NCBI GenBank assembly: GCA_963726255.1
Contig: CAVSBL010000002.1
Span: 1,152,001 to 1,216,000 of the forward strand
Direction: 5' to 3'
DNA: 64,000 bases
DNA from: Candidatus Bathyarchaeota archaeon
GTDB taxonomy: Archaea; Thermoproteota; Bathyarchaeia; 40CM-2-53-6
The stretch's first letter is position 1, and every line of letters begins with the position of its first letter. Below, one piece after another: positions 18,999-29,640 of the stretch. The position numbers and the translations under genes are program-made. The notes under the pieces were generated by a model. That model saw only the letters and a program-made list of their open reading frames with translations, was not told the origin of the DNA and made no database searches.

Positions 18999-19628
18999 TT
19001 GAGGATCCTTCTAGGCGTGTTTTTGGTATTGGCGATGCTGACTTCGTTTGGAGACTACTTGGACACATCACTTACGTTGCATATGATCATCCAACACGCA
19101 TTCTATCTTGCGGGTGCGTTCTTGATTACTTCTGGCGCCGACATGTTAGTGCTCGCTGGCGCGGGAGTTTCGAATACAGTTTCAAAGGCGTATTCGGCTT
19201 TGCTTCGAATCAATGCCACATACAACAAGAAAGGGTTAGTGACCTTCCTTATCGCGGGCATTCTTGTTGCCTACTGGCACCTGCCAACAAACTTTGACGC
19301 GGCAGTCTTAAACGAGAACATCCACATCGTGATGCATACGACATTCATGGTAGTCGGTAGTTTGATTTTTGCCGGTTCTAAGCTCTTCACTTGGCGTGTT
19401 CGCACCTTTCTGTTGCTCATACCGAGCAAGGCGATGGGCGTCTTCGGGGCTTTTCTGATGTTTACGCCAGGGTACGTTTATTCCGTATACCCTCAGTGGC
19501 AACAGGCGCAGTGCGGCCTTGCGATGGTGGTCATGATGTTGGGCATGGATTTGACGCTTGTCCCATATTGGTTGTACAAATACTTCCAAACAGCACCAGC
19601 AGCACCCGTACACACAAGTAACCGCTAG
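18999..19628 (+). CDS. DUF1404/CtaG-like membrane protein
   Basis: LHMIIQH, YWHLP..FD and HIVMH motifs; paralog at 40905. Confidence 0.7.
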   Translation: MRILLGVFLVLAMLTSFGDYLDTSLTLHMIIQHAFYLAGAFLITSGADMLVLAGAGVSNTVSKAYSALLRINATYNKKGLVTFLIAGILVAYWHLPTNFDAAVLNENIHIVMHTTFMVVGSLIFAGSKLFTWRVRTFLLLIPSKAMGVFGAFLMFTPGYVYSVYPQWQQAQCGLAMVVMMLGMDLTLVPYWLYKYFQTAPAAPVHTSNR

Positions 19629-19725
19629 CTCGAACAAAACTGAAATATCGAACAATGGCCTTACCCCCAGTACTGAAAACGGCATATAGGTCAAGTTCCC
19701 CGAAGCCTACACCCCGGTTTATGAC

Positions 19726-20247
19726 ATGCCCGCCGATGACCTGCGCGAGAAAGTATTCGCTCTAATCTACTCGAAGAACAAGACGGAAGAGGCGATTCTG
19801 CAACTCAATGGCATACTCAAGACTTCACCAGAAAACAGCCAGGCTTTGGCTCTGAAAGCCTACGCGCTTAACAAACTTGCAAACGCACGCCGGGAGTGGG
19901 CGTACTCGCACCAGGCGCTTCAGTACGCGGATCGTGCTTTGGCCTTGAACGCCGATGATGACATCGCTCTGACAAGCAAAGGGTGGGCACTAATTGATAC
20001 TGGTAGAGCTGTAGGGGCCATCCCCTTCTTAGAGCAGGCAGTACGAGTCAACCCGAGTAACGAATATTCTTGGTACAATCTTGCTTGGGCACAATACCTG
20101 ACAGGGGATGGAGTCGCATCAAGAGAGTCGATCGCAAGGGCACTGAAGATTAGCCCCGGCAATCCCATCGTTAAGCGGGGCAAGGAAATGATGGAGAGGG
20201 GGGAAGTGCCCGAGCATTTGAAGAAAACTCCGCGAACTCCTGAATGA
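19726..20247 (+). CDS. Tetratricopeptide repeat protein
   Basis: ALALKAYAL, ALTSKGWAL and SWYNLAWA TPR helices. Confidence 0.85.
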   Translation: MPADDLREKVFALIYSKNKTEEAILQLNGILKTSPENSQALALKAYALNKLANARREWAYSHQALQYADRALALNADDDIALTSKGWALIDTGRAVGAIPFLEQAVRVNPSNEYSWYNLAWAQYLTGDGVASRESIARALKISPGNPIVKRGKEMMERGEVPEHLKKTPRTPE

Positions 20248-20267
20248 GGAGCTCACGTCTCAGCTAG

Positions 20268-20939
20268 TCAACTAGTCGAGCTTTCGACAAAGTCAGCTAG
20301 TTCAGTTAGGTCTCCAAACTCATGGTCAGCTCGTTGATTTGAAGGAGCATGTTCGGATTTTCGGTTCACCCACGCGGTTTTGAACCCCAACCGGCGGGCT
20401 GGGGGGACGTCGTACCGGAACCCTGACGAGACATGTAGTATGTTCGTCGCTTTCGAGGAGAGTTTCTTGAGGGCAAGTTGAAATGGCGTTAACGTTGGCT
20501 TGTAAGCCCCCGCCTCCTGAGCCGTCACTGTAACGGCGAAGGAAACACCAATGCTCGCCTTTGTCTTTTCGATTATGTCCTTGTCAATGTTTGAGATTAT
20601 TGCCAATGGATACTTTCTCGCGAGCCTGTCAAGTGCTGGCCTAGTCTCTTCGAACACGGGCCAAGTTGGCACTGATTGAATAAGTCTCTCACCGTCTTGG
20701 TCGTTGTACGCAACCTGGAACCGATTGAAAGTCTCCTTCAGACTGAGCCGGAGGATTTCTTTGTAAGGCCTGTACGGAGCCTGAACCATTTCAAAATCAA
20801 TATCCTCACGAGCCCTGACTACTTCAGGTATGTTTGCCATGGTGCCCTTCTCTCGCAGTACCTGGTCGAGGAAGCTGGTAATTCCTGCTTCCCAATCCAC
20901 CAACGTCCCATAGCAGTCGAAGGTTATGGCCGAAAGCAC
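20268..20939 (-). CDS. HAD-family hydrolase (haloacid dehalogenase type II-like)
   Basis: TFDCYGTLVDWE, ISN, YKP, LHVS. Confidence 0.9.
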   Translation of the reverse strand: MLSAITFDCYGTLVDWEAGITSFLDQVLREKGTMANIPEVVRAREDIDFEMVQAPYRPYKEILRLSLKETFNRFQVAYNDQDGERLIQSVPTWPVFEETRPALDRLARKYPLAIISNIDKDIIEKTKASIGVSFAVTVTAQEAGAYKPTLTPFQLALKKLSSKATNILHVSSGFRYDVPPARRLGFKTAWVNRKSEHAPSNQRADHEFGDLTELADFVESSTS

Positions 20940-20991
20940 GTAGCATACCCCATGTGAATGTTCTGAGCTAGTTTTCGCTCTGGGGGCGAGT

Positions 20992-22476
20992 TTAACCCTT
21001 AGTTACGCCGATCGGGACGAGTCTCGCCACTTTCGTCGCTATGCCGAGTTGGTGGCTGACTTCAGCTACGCTGTCGACATTCTTGTAGGCTTCCGGGGCT
21101 TCTTCGCTTACGGTTCCGAAGTTCTCGGCTCTTATCATGATGCCTTTCTTTGAGAGCAGGTCTTCAACTGCGCGTGCTGGGTTCCGCCGTTTTGCTGCTG
21201 CTCGACTCATGAACCTTCCCGCTCCGTGCGCCGTTGTCCCGAAGCTGAGCTCCATCGACTTCGGTGTGCCGATTAGAACCCAGGATGCAGTGCCCATGCT
21301 ACCAGGGATTAGAACCGGCTGGCCGATCTCCCGATACTCTGGAGGAATGGCTGGATGGCCGGGCGGAAAGGCCCTTGTTGCACCTTTTCGGTGTACGTAC
21401 ACCTTCTTCGTTCCGCCGTCGATCACATGCTCTTCAATCTTCGCGATGTTGTGCGCAACATCGTAGATCAGTGCCATGTCCATCTGGTCTGCTGATTTTC
21501 CGAACGTCTTCTCGAAAGACTCCCTCGTCCAGTGAGTTATCATTTGCCTGTTTGACCATGCGAAGTTTGCTGCGCATGACATGGCGCCTATGTAATCCTC
21601 AACCTCGTTACTCTTAGCTGGGGCGCAGGCCAACTGACGGTCCGGAAGCTTAATCCCATATTTTTGCACAGCTCGTTCCATAACTCGCAAGTAGTCGCTG
21701 CAAACCTGATAGCCAAACCCCCTGCTCCCAGTATGAACCAAAACAAGGATTTGGTCTTCGTTCTTTATTCCTAATTTCTCGGCAACGGGAACGTCGAAGA
21801 TCTTGTCGACTTTCTCGATTTCGAGGAAGTGGTTGCCGCTTCCTAGGCTGCCGAGTTGCGGTGCACCGCGTTGTTTTGCAACGCCAGACACCATATCCGG
21901 GTTCGCAGTTTCCATGCACCCGTCTTCCTCACAATGCTTCTTGTCGTCAGCCCAACCGTACCCGTGATCAATGGCCCATTCAACTCCTTCACTCGTAACC
22001 TTCTCCAAATCCCCGATGGAGAGTCTGCCAACCTTTCCCCGACTCCCCAACCCCGAAGGAATGTTCACAAACAACGTATCAAGCAATTTCCCGAGAACAG
22101 GACGAACATCAGCCTCGGTCAAGTTCGTGCGTATCAATCTGACCCCACAATTTATGTCGTAACCGATCCCGCCGGGGCTTACGACGCCTTCGTCGTAGTC
22201 GCTTGCTGCTACACCGCCGATTGGGAAGCCGTATCCTTCGTGGCCGTCGGGCATGGTGATTGACCAGTTGTAGAGGCCGGGGAGAGTAGCGACGTTCGCG
22301 CATTGCTGCAGCGTAGCGTCGGTCCGCATTTTCTCAATTAACGCATCGTCCGCGTATATTCTGCCTGGTACCCGCATTCCGGGCTGCGAGTCTTTCGGAA
22401 TCTCCCAAACGTACTTGTCAATTCGTTTCAGTGCCACTTGCTGGGACGCACGACCGTATGCCGGAGCTTGAGACAT
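20992..22476 (-). CDS. rtcB: tRNA-splicing ligase RtcB
   Basis: MPDGHEGYGFPIGGV, GYDINCG, GSGNHFLE, HRKGAT, IPGSMG, HGAGR; start set at MSQAPAY. Confidence 0.97.
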   Translation of the reverse strand: MSQAPAYGRASQQVALKRIDKYVWEIPKDSQPGMRVPGRIYADDALIEKMRTDATLQQCANVATLPGLYNWSITMPDGHEGYGFPIGGVAASDYDEGVVSPGGIGYDINCGVRLIRTNLTEADVRPVLGKLLDTLFVNIPSGLGSRGKVGRLSIGDLEKVTSEGVEWAIDHGYGWADDKKHCEEDGCMETANPDMVSGVAKQRGAPQLGSLGSGNHFLEIEKVDKIFDVPVAEKLGIKNEDQILVLVHTGSRGFGYQVCSDYLRVMERAVQKYGIKLPDRQLACAPAKSNEVEDYIGAMSCAANFAWSNRQMITHWTRESFEKTFGKSADQMDMALIYDVAHNIAKIEEHVIDGGTKKVYVHRKGATRAFPPGHPAIPPEYREIGQPVLIPGSMGTASWVLIGTPKSMELSFGTTAHGAGRFMSRAAAKRRNPARAVEDLLSKKGIMIRAENFGTVSEEAPEAYKNVDSVAEVSHQLGIATKVARLVPIGVTKG

Positions 22477-22847
22477 GAAGATCTCCTGTAGAACGCGTGA
22501 GAACAAGTCCGCGCTGTATTTAAGCTTCGACAACCGTTGCCTACTGAATTCTTGCAATCACGATTTTGAAATGCGATGTCACGAAAATCCCGCCGGCTTG
22601 CCGCTGATATATTTGGGGTGAGTGGCACACGGTTTCTGCCTTTGAACTCTGTCACTTTCAGCTCTCTCTTACACCTTAATCCCTGTCCTCGTGAATTCTC
22701 CTTGTGATGCGTCAATGGGACGTACGGTTCTTTCTGGACGCTTTACGAACTAGTCAGGGAAATTGAAAGAATAAAGTCACCACAGAGAGCAAAAGAACTG
22801 AAAGGAATCGAAAAGTTTCTACAGCCACTTGCCTTGGTGAATGGAGT

Positions 22848-23330
22848 ATGCCAAGCGACCTTCGAAATTACGCGGTAGCCCGGCAGCAGTTAATCGCATT
22901 CCTGCAAAGCCAAGGATTCAGGCCGCATCCCAATGAGGTGTTCTGCCCCACCGAGCATTGTTGGGTTGACGTAGGGGCCCTGAAAGGACAAGATTATTGG
23001 GCATTCGAGTACAAATCCCGAAACGACTCCATAAAGCGTGGGCTAGAGCAATGCTGCTGCTACGCTGAAGCTTTCAACTATGTTGTATTGGTTGCTGATC
23101 GGCATCGAACAACCTCAAGCCCTTACTTCGGACGCTTCAAAAGCTACGGGTTTGGTGTCTGGTCTCACACACCAACCGGGTTCTATCCAGTGTTGAACCC
23201 GAAAAGGCGGTGTGCAGTCAGAAAAGCCAAAGCTGTTGTGGAGCGACAGTTCAGGCGACTGTTGCCGGATAGGAGTTCGTTTGCAGATTCGCGCCTAACA
23301 GACTGGTTTGTTTCTCAGCAGCCCTCATGA
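22848..23330 (+). CDS. PD-(D/E)XK nuclease-fold protein
   Basis: E...VDV...AFEYK...GLEQ..CY pattern. Confidence 0.65.
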   Translation: MPSDLRNYAVARQQLIAFLQSQGFRPHPNEVFCPTEHCWVDVGALKGQDYWAFEYKSRNDSIKRGLEQCCCYAEAFNYVVLVADRHRTTSSPYFGRFKSYGFGVWSHTPTGFYPVLNPKRRCAVRKAKAVVERQFRRLLPDRSSFADSRLTDWFVSQQPS

Positions 23331-23346
23331 ATAGCGTGTTCTGGGT

Positions 23347-24168
23347 CTAACGAGATGGATTTCGAGGTAGATGACCTGAAGGCTGCAGCGGCTTCTCGAG
23401 GGCACCATTCTTCCATGCGCTTATCTGGTTCGATGCTTCGATGAGGGTAGTTACGGTTGCCTCTGGAGCAGCATGATTTACGGGTTCGCTAGGTCTGCGG
23501 AGCACATGGATCGAGTGCATTCCAACCTTTCTAGCCCCGCTTATGTCCGCCTCCACCGAATCTCCAACAAAAACGGTCTCAGAAGCTTTGACTCCCAAAT
23601 CGGTGAGTGCGCGAGTGAAGATCTCTGGCCTAGGTTTTCTTATCCGCATTGAAGCCGACGTTACGACGCTGTTAAAGTATTCTTCAATACCGTTTTTTTC
23701 TAAAATCGCGTGAACTGCCCAGTCGCTTTTGGCGTTCGAGATGAGCCCCATTTTGAACTTTTCATTTCTGAGAGCCGTCAGAGTCTCACGGGTGTCGGGA
23801 TATAGCTGCCAGGCTTCAACCTCGGGCGTAAAGAACTCAATCTCTGCGTTTCGAATTAGGTCGACGCCTAGGACTTCTAGCTTTGATTTTCGAAGCGTTT
23901 TTGCGATTATGTCTACCATCGGGATTTCCACCTTATAGACATCGGCTCTGGACGCAGCGTCTTCGAAGATCCGGATGAATGTCTCCGCAAACTGCTGAAA
24001 GTCTAGTTGAAGACCCAACTTCGTGAGGTAGTTGTGGAGTGATTCAATGTTGGCGTGGAATACGTCGTCCCAAGGCCTGCTCATGTGGACAAGGGTATCG
24101 CCTAGGTCGAGCAAGACAGCTTGAAGCAACGAAACCACGTATGCGATTCCTGGAGCTGGGACCGGCAC
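23347..24168 (-). CDS. HAD-family hydrolase
   Basis: LLDLGDTL, ISNA, RKPRPEIF, VGDSVEADISGA; start uncertain. Confidence 0.9.
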   Translation of the reverse strand: MPVPAPGIAYVVSLLQAVLLDLGDTLVHMSRPWDDVFHANIESLHNYLTKLGLQLDFQQFAETFIRIFEDAASRADVYKVEIPMVDIIAKTLRKSKLEVLGVDLIRNAEIEFFTPEVEAWQLYPDTRETLTALRNEKFKMGLISNAKSDWAVHAILEKNGIEEYFNSVVTSASMRIRKPRPEIFTRALTDLGVKASETVFVGDSVEADISGARKVGMHSIHVLRRPSEPVNHAAPEATVTTLIEASNQISAWKNGALEKPLQPSGHLPRNPSR

Positions 24169-24247
24169 ATAACTCTTTGTTGGTGGGAGCTGAGACTTGC
24201 GCCCCTGTCTACGTCTTATAAAAGACCGTGCCGTTCATTGAACCATC

Positions 24248-25597
24248 GTGTCCTGCATGCCTTCCGATTCTACTGCAATCACGTTCTATGGCGGCGTTGG
24301 TGAAATCGGAGGGAACAAGATACTCATTGAAGACAAAGGCACCCGGGTGATGCTAGACTTTGGGATGAGTTATTCAGACAGGCGTAAGTTCTTCTTTGAC
24401 CCGATGCTTTCGCCCGGCGACGAACGAGACCTTCTTGAATTTGGGATTCTTCCGAACATTAAGGGAATCTACGAGTTTGAGGAGTCTAAGCCATCTCTCG
24501 ATGCAGTCTTCCTCTCCCACGCTCATGGGGACCACTGGGGCTACATCTCGTTCCTCAAGCGAGAGATACCTCTCCACTGCGGCGATACTTGCGCACAGAT
24601 TCTGGAAGCGATATCAGCCACCAAGGTTAGGCACTTCGAATCAGACATTCGAGGGCTCAGCTTTCAAACATTCAGAACCGGGAAAACAATCAAGGTTGGA
24701 ACCATCGAGGTAACCCCGTGCCACGTCGACCATTCCATACCCGGCGCCTGCGGTTTCGTCATAAGAACTTCACGAGGCGTGATAGCATACACGGCTGACT
24801 TTAGGGCACACGGAACCAAACCGCAGTTAACAGAAGATTTCGTCGAACTCGCCACCAAATCCGATCCCGAGGCCCTGTTGGCTGAGGGAACAAATATTCT
24901 AGGCGGGCAAGTAACGAGTGAACCCGAAGTCCAGTCTAAGGTTGACAAACTAATCTCGTCCACAAGAAACCTCGTCCTAGCCAACTTCTCCAACGTAGAT
25001 GTTGACCGTATACGGACATTCTACGAAGTCGCCAAGGAGAACGATAGAATCCTCGCAATTTCCCTCAAACAGGCCCACCTGCTTAATCAGTTATCATTGG
25101 ACCCAAAGCTACGACTTCCTAGGGTTCTCGACGCTAACGAGAATATCGCTGTCTTCAGACGCGCCAAGAAGCGATACTACGATTGGGAAGAGTCTGTAAT
25201 GGAGAAGGCGAAGACGATTACAAGCGAAGAATTAAGGCAGGAGCAGGACAGGTTCGTGGTAGCTTTTTCAATGCCTGATTTCAAGGAACTCGTCGACATA
25301 AAGCCGAAGGCTGGCAGCGTATTCGTGCTCTCAACCTCAGAGCCGTTCAATGAGGAGCAGGAATTCGAGTTCGAACGGTTGCAGAACTGGTTAGACCATT
25401 TTGGCTTACCGATGTACCACATCCATTGTTCAGGCCACATAATGCCAAGCGAATTAAAGGCGAACATTCAGCGGATCAAACCACGAATGTTGTTCCCTAT
25501 CCACACAGACCACCCGGGGCTCTACGCCAAATACGTGGCTGACGCAGCAAGAATCGAATCCCCCCTGAGGGGTAGGATGTATGAGGTCGGCGTGTGA
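24248..25597 (+). CDS. Metallo-beta-lactamase fold hydrolase, RNase J/beta-CASP-like
   Basis: GGVGEIGGN, LSHAHGDH, VDHSIPGA, HCSGH, FPIHT. Confidence 0.88.
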   Translation: MSCMPSDSTAITFYGGVGEIGGNKILIEDKGTRVMLDFGMSYSDRRKFFFDPMLSPGDERDLLEFGILPNIKGIYEFEESKPSLDAVFLSHAHGDHWGYISFLKREIPLHCGDTCAQILEAISATKVRHFESDIRGLSFQTFRTGKTIKVGTIEVTPCHVDHSIPGACGFVIRTSRGVIAYTADFRAHGTKPQLTEDFVELATKSDPEALLAEGTNILGGQVTSEPEVQSKVDKLISSTRNLVLANFSNVDVDRIRTFYEVAKENDRILAISLKQAHLLNQLSLDPKLRLPRVLDANENIAVFRRAKKRYYDWEESVMEKAKTITSEELRQEQDRFVVAFSMPDFKELVDIKPKAGSVFVLSTSEPFNEEQEFEFERLQNWLDHFGLPMYHIHCSGHIMPSELKANIQRIKPRMLFPIHTDHPGLYAKYVADAARIESPLRGRMYEVGV

Positions 25598-25600
25598 GGG

Positions 25601-26116
25601 TTAGAAGCGCTCGAACTCAACCCTTAGCGTCATGCCCTTGAGCTCTTGGGCAATTTTGCGGACCTTATCAAGGTCAACTGGCATGTTCCACGGCTGCCTC
25701 CCAGTCAGTATGACCTTAGTTTCTGTGCTCCCATCCGGGATCCAGACGGTGTTTATCGTTAGGATTGAGAGTGGGCTGAAGAGGTCTTCCAAGAACTCTC
25801 GGTCGTCTCCTCCGTAGCTTATGAGCTTTACACGCTTACCAAAGGTCTCCCCGAGGTCTTTGACAATTTTAGCCCCGCCGCCCAGCAGCTTCGGCATATC
25901 CTTCTTATCCACAAGAACGGCCATCACACCGTCAGCTTCAACAGCCCGATGAAAAGTAACGTCCTGAAGAATCGGATTATCCTTCTCCAGCTCCACAATT
26001 CGCTGGATTACCTTAAGGTCTAGCTCCGTGACCTGACCTTTCTCGACCTTCTCCTCACATCTTCGACAGAGGATGCCGGACTTCACGCAAAATGCGTCCA
26101 GGATTGTCTTTACCAT
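25601..26116 (-). CDS. NusA-like KH-domain protein
   Basis: FCVKSGILCRRC N-terminus, KH-like LLGGGAK, INTVWIPDGS. Confidence 0.75.
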   Translation of the reverse strand: MVKTILDAFCVKSGILCRRCEEKVEKGQVTELDLKVIQRIVELEKDNPILQDVTFHRAVEADGVMAVLVDKKDMPKLLGGGAKIVKDLGETFGKRVKLISYGGDDREFLEDLFSPLSILTINTVWIPDGSTETKVILTGRQPWNMPVDLDKVRKIAQELKGMTLRVEFERF

Positions 26117-26276
26117 TCACTTTCAACTTTATCTTGGTCCCACACATCGTCGGCTAGCTTCGCGTTTGCGATGCCAGCGTCATCGCGCAGGACGAGGTCT
26201 TACAAACTATTTGAAGATATTGTCAACAAGTGCACAACTGAAAATTGTGAAGAGTTCTCAAAATCTGGCAAACCCT

Positions 26277-27164
26277 TCACGGGTGAGCTAGCCCGACGAG
26301 GTCACTACTGACTTCCCATAACCGCTTTGCAATTTCCAAGTCGTAAGACTCTCTTGACGACTTCATCTCTGATTGTTTTGCAAAGTACTTACCGGTGACG
26401 TGCTCAAGTTCAGGAGAAGAAGCCAACGAGACTACCGTCTTTGCACCCTCCTCCGGGCTTAGCATAAAAGGGGCGAACAGTTTGACAGCCACACCCATCA
26501 ATCCTCCATTTTTCCGACCAAAGTTCGTTCTCACAGTTCCCGGGTGAACACAATTCACTGTAACTCCAGTTCCTTTCAACCGCCTGGCCAATTCATATGT
26601 GAAAAGGACGTTTGCAAGCTTGGATTGCGGATATGACTTCCATCCACCATACCTACGCTGGCCCTGTAGGTCACTGAAGTTGATATGCCCCCTGCTTTGC
26701 GCTTCTGAGCTGACGTTCACGATTCTTGACGGTGCGCTAGCCTTCAGTAACTCCAGCAGTAGATTAGTCAGAAGGAAATGGGCTAGGTGGTTGATCGCGA
26801 ATGTGGATTCGAACCCGTCCACCGTGACAACTCGTTTGCTCGAGTAGATGCCCGCATTGTTCACGAGAACATCGAGGCGCGAGAACTTATGTTGGAAATC
26901 ATTCGCAAATGAGTGGACAGAGTCGAGGTTTGCCAGATCCACTAGAGATAAGCTCACATCTCGGTTGTTGGATCCTTTGATGATGTCTCGTTTAGCTGCT
27001 TCGCCACGTTCAGCGTCTCTGCAAGCAAGCACGACCGTCGCTCCCAGTCCAGCCAGTCCGAGCGCAGTTGATTTCCCAATACCACTGTTGGCTCCCGTTA
27101 CCAAGCAGAGCTTTCCTTGCATCAGGCCGGCTTTATTGCCAGTTCGCGACTCACCAGCATTCAT
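26277..27164 (-). CDS. SDR oxidoreductase (retinol dehydrogenase-like)
   Basis: TGANSGIG, NNAG, YPQSKLAN; start may be 27122. Confidence 0.93.
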   Translation of the reverse strand: MNAGESRTGNKAGLMQGKLCLVTGANSGIGKSTALGLAGLGATVVLACRDAERGEAAKRDIIKGSNNRDVSLSLVDLANLDSVHSFANDFQHKFSRLDVLVNNAGIYSSKRVVTVDGFESTFAINHLAHFLLTNLLLELLKASAPSRIVNVSSEAQSRGHINFSDLQGQRRYGGWKSYPQSKLANVLFTYELARRLKGTGVTVNCVHPGTVRTNFGRKNGGLMGVAVKLFAPFMLSPEEGAKTVVSLASSPELEHVTGKYFAKQSEMKSSRESYDLEIAKRLWEVSSDLVGLAHP

Positions 27165-27326
27165 TGGAAATTGATCCTTCTAACTGCCGGATTGGGCGTC
27201 TATATGTTGTCGGCTTTACACATTACCGAATATGCAGTATCGGCATTGATAGTTCAAGCGGTATTTTATTACGGAACCCGAACAGTCTAGGGCTCGCACT
27301 TACAAAGCCAGCGGACGAAGATTCAA

Positions 27327-28472
27327 TTGAAACTCTTCGAATATGAAGCGAAGGAGATTGCGCAACAGTACGGCGTTCCCGTTCCGAAGGGGTTAGTAGC
27401 CTCAACCCCTGAAGAAGCAAAGGACGCTTACATGAAACTCGGGCAACCCTCGATGGTTAAAGCGCAGGTTCTGGTTGCCGGACGCGGAAAGGCGGGAGGG
27501 ATCAGACCAGCCTCAAGCCCCGAGGAGGCTGAGGAGGTTGCGAGAGCAATTCTTTCGATGTCGGTCAAGGGTGAAAAAGTTGCTAAGGTTCTCGTCGAAC
27601 AGAAATTGGCCAGCAAGCACGAGCGGTATGTGAGCATAGTCGTTGACCGGGCTTCGCGTTGCTATACGGTTCTCTGCTCGACCGATGGCGGCGTGGACAT
27701 TGAACAGGTCGCTGACCAGCATCCGGAAAGAATTATCCGGCACAAGCTTGACCCGTTGATAGGGCTGCAAGACTTTGAGAGCAGAGCCATTGCGAAAGGG
27801 ATAGGGTATTCCGGAAAGCAAATGGGCCAGGTGGCCTCAGTCATCAACAAACTCTTTCAAATCATGCTTGATTACGACGCTGAACTAATCGAATCTAATC
27901 CCCTAATTGAAACAGAGTCAGGGGAGCTGATCGCCGCCGACCTAAGAATCCTATTGGATGATAACGCGCTCTTCAGGCATCCGAAATTTCTGGAACGAAT
28001 GAAGAGCTTTGAACCCGATATGACACCGCTCGAGGTCAGGGCGCGGGAGAAGGGCCTGGCCTACGTCGAACTCGATGGGGACGTAGGAATAATTGGTAAC
28101 GGCGCAGGCCTCGTTATGGCCACGTTGGACATGATATTGGACTACAAAGGGAAACCAGCCAACTTCTGCGACGTGGGCGGCGGTGCAAGCGAAGAAAGAA
28201 TTGCTGCCGCGCTCGAGATCGTCCTCGCGAATCCGAAGGTGAAAATTCTGCTAATCAACATAATGGGCGGCATAACAAGGTGCGATGACGTCGCGAGAGC
28301 CATTCTCGATATTCAGAAGAAAATGGGCATAACTAAACCCATGGTTATCCGCCTCGTAGGCACGAACGAGAAAGAGGGGCAAAAGATACTCTCGGCGGCC
28401 AACATTCCCTCGTTGAACAGCATGGAAGAAGCGGCTGCGAAAGCTGTGGAACTGGTCATGGAGGCGCAGTAA
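27327..28472 (+). CDS. sucC: Succinate--CoA ligase beta subunit
   Basis: LFEYEAK, KAQVLVAGRGKAGG, GNGAGLVMATLD, GGITRCD. Confidence 0.96.
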   Translation: MKLFEYEAKEIAQQYGVPVPKGLVASTPEEAKDAYMKLGQPSMVKAQVLVAGRGKAGGIRPASSPEEAEEVARAILSMSVKGEKVAKVLVEQKLASKHERYVSIVVDRASRCYTVLCSTDGGVDIEQVADQHPERIIRHKLDPLIGLQDFESRAIAKGIGYSGKQMGQVASVINKLFQIMLDYDAELIESNPLIETESGELIAADLRILLDDNALFRHPKFLERMKSFEPDMTPLEVRAREKGLAYVELDGDVGIIGNGAGLVMATLDMILDYKGKPANFCDVGGGASEERIAAALEIVLANPKVKILLINIMGGITRCDDVARAILDIQKKMGITKPMVIRLVGTNEKEGQKILSAANIPSLNSMEEAAAKAVELVMEAQ

Positions 28473-28473
28473 C

Positions 28474-29340
28474 ATGCCGATCCTAATTGGGAAAAAAACC
28501 AAGGCGATCGTTCAGGGCATCACTGGTTCGCAGGGAAAGTTTCACTCCCAGCTGATGCTTGAGTATGGAACAAAAATAGTTGCAGGAACAAACCCCGGCA
28601 AGGGCGGGACGGAGGTGCACGGGATCCCGGTCTTCGACACGGTGCAGGAAGCGGTTGATAAGTACAAGGCCACCGCCTCTATCATTTTCGTTCCCGCACC
28701 TGGTGCCAGGGATGCAGCTCTCGAAGCCATCGCTGCTGGCCTCAACCCGGTTATAGTAATTACAGAGGGAATTCCCGTTAAGGATGAAATTCAGATGATG
28801 GAAGTCGCCAAGCTAAAGGGGACCACAATCATCGGGCCCAACACGCCGGGCATCATAACCCCAGGCCAATGCAAGCTCGGCATAATGCCGGGCCACATAT
28901 TCAAAACCGGCAAGGTCGGCTTGGTATCGAGAAGCGGGACGCTGACTTACGAGATTGCCGCAAGCCTAACCAACGCCCGCCTCGGACAATCCACCTGCCT
29001 AGGCGTCGGAGGTGACCCTATAGTAGGTTTGAGCTTCGTCGACGTACTCGCCATGTTCAGAAAGGACCCTGCGACCAAGGCGGTGGCTATGATTGGTGAA
29101 ATTGGGGGAAACGCCGAGGAAATGGCAGCGGAATACGTGAGGAAAACGAAATACCCCAAACCTATCGCCGCATACATCGCAGGCCGAGCAGCACCGGCAG
29201 GGAAGCGAATGGGCCACGCAGGCGCAATTATCACCGGCAAAGCTGGGACAGCGGAAACAAAAATTGACGCCCTCCGAGACGCAGGCGTAAGAGTTGCGCT
29301 CAAGCCGGGAGAGATTGCGAAGCTCCTCAAACGACGTTAG
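28474..29340 (+). CDS. sucD: Succinate--CoA ligase alpha subunit
   Basis: QGITG, GPNTPG, SRSGTLTYE, RMGHAGA (phospho-His). Confidence 0.96.
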   Translation: MPILIGKKTKAIVQGITGSQGKFHSQLMLEYGTKIVAGTNPGKGGTEVHGIPVFDTVQEAVDKYKATASIIFVPAPGARDAALEAIAAGLNPVIVITEGIPVKDEIQMMEVAKLKGTTIIGPNTPGIITPGQCKLGIMPGHIFKTGKVGLVSRSGTLTYEIAASLTNARLGQSTCLGVGGDPIVGLSFVDVLAMFRKDPATKAVAMIGEIGGNAEEMAAEYVRKTKYPKPIAAYIAGRAAPAGKRMGHAGAIITGKAGTAETKIDALRDAGVRVALKPGEIAKLLKRR

Positions 29341-29491
29341 CTGCAAACCCTGCAATTCGTTTACGGGGCACTCGCCCTGTATGGGTTGAAATGTAGCCTA
29401 TTCGCGGGCGAGATGAGGTGGTTTCGGCCCGCATAATGGCTCCATTTCGGTAGTGCTCAATGAAATAGCGAAACTGCTCAGACAATGCTAT

Positions 29492-29640
29492 GGACTATCC
29501 TGAGTTGTGACGGGCGGTGACACCATCATAGGTTGGTGACACTCATCCCTTCCCATGCTGTGATGTAATGAAGCTCCCCAGTGATAGGGCACAGGGTTGC
29601 TTCCACCTTCCGTCAATAGGTGAGTACACTCAGGTAGTCC
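29492..29640. ncRNA. Candidate structured RNA or MITE-like element
   Basis: Ends GGACTATCCTGAGT / ACTCAGGTAGTCC pair; TGACGGGCGGTG pairs with CACCTTCCGTCA; internal CACCA...TGGTG hairpin. Confidence 0.5.

Noticed and set aside
22700-22735. ACGTACGGTTC resembling the 3' side of group II intron domain V
   Set aside because: The 5' GAGCCG/AGC triad strand is absent, and there is no RT or other intron domain
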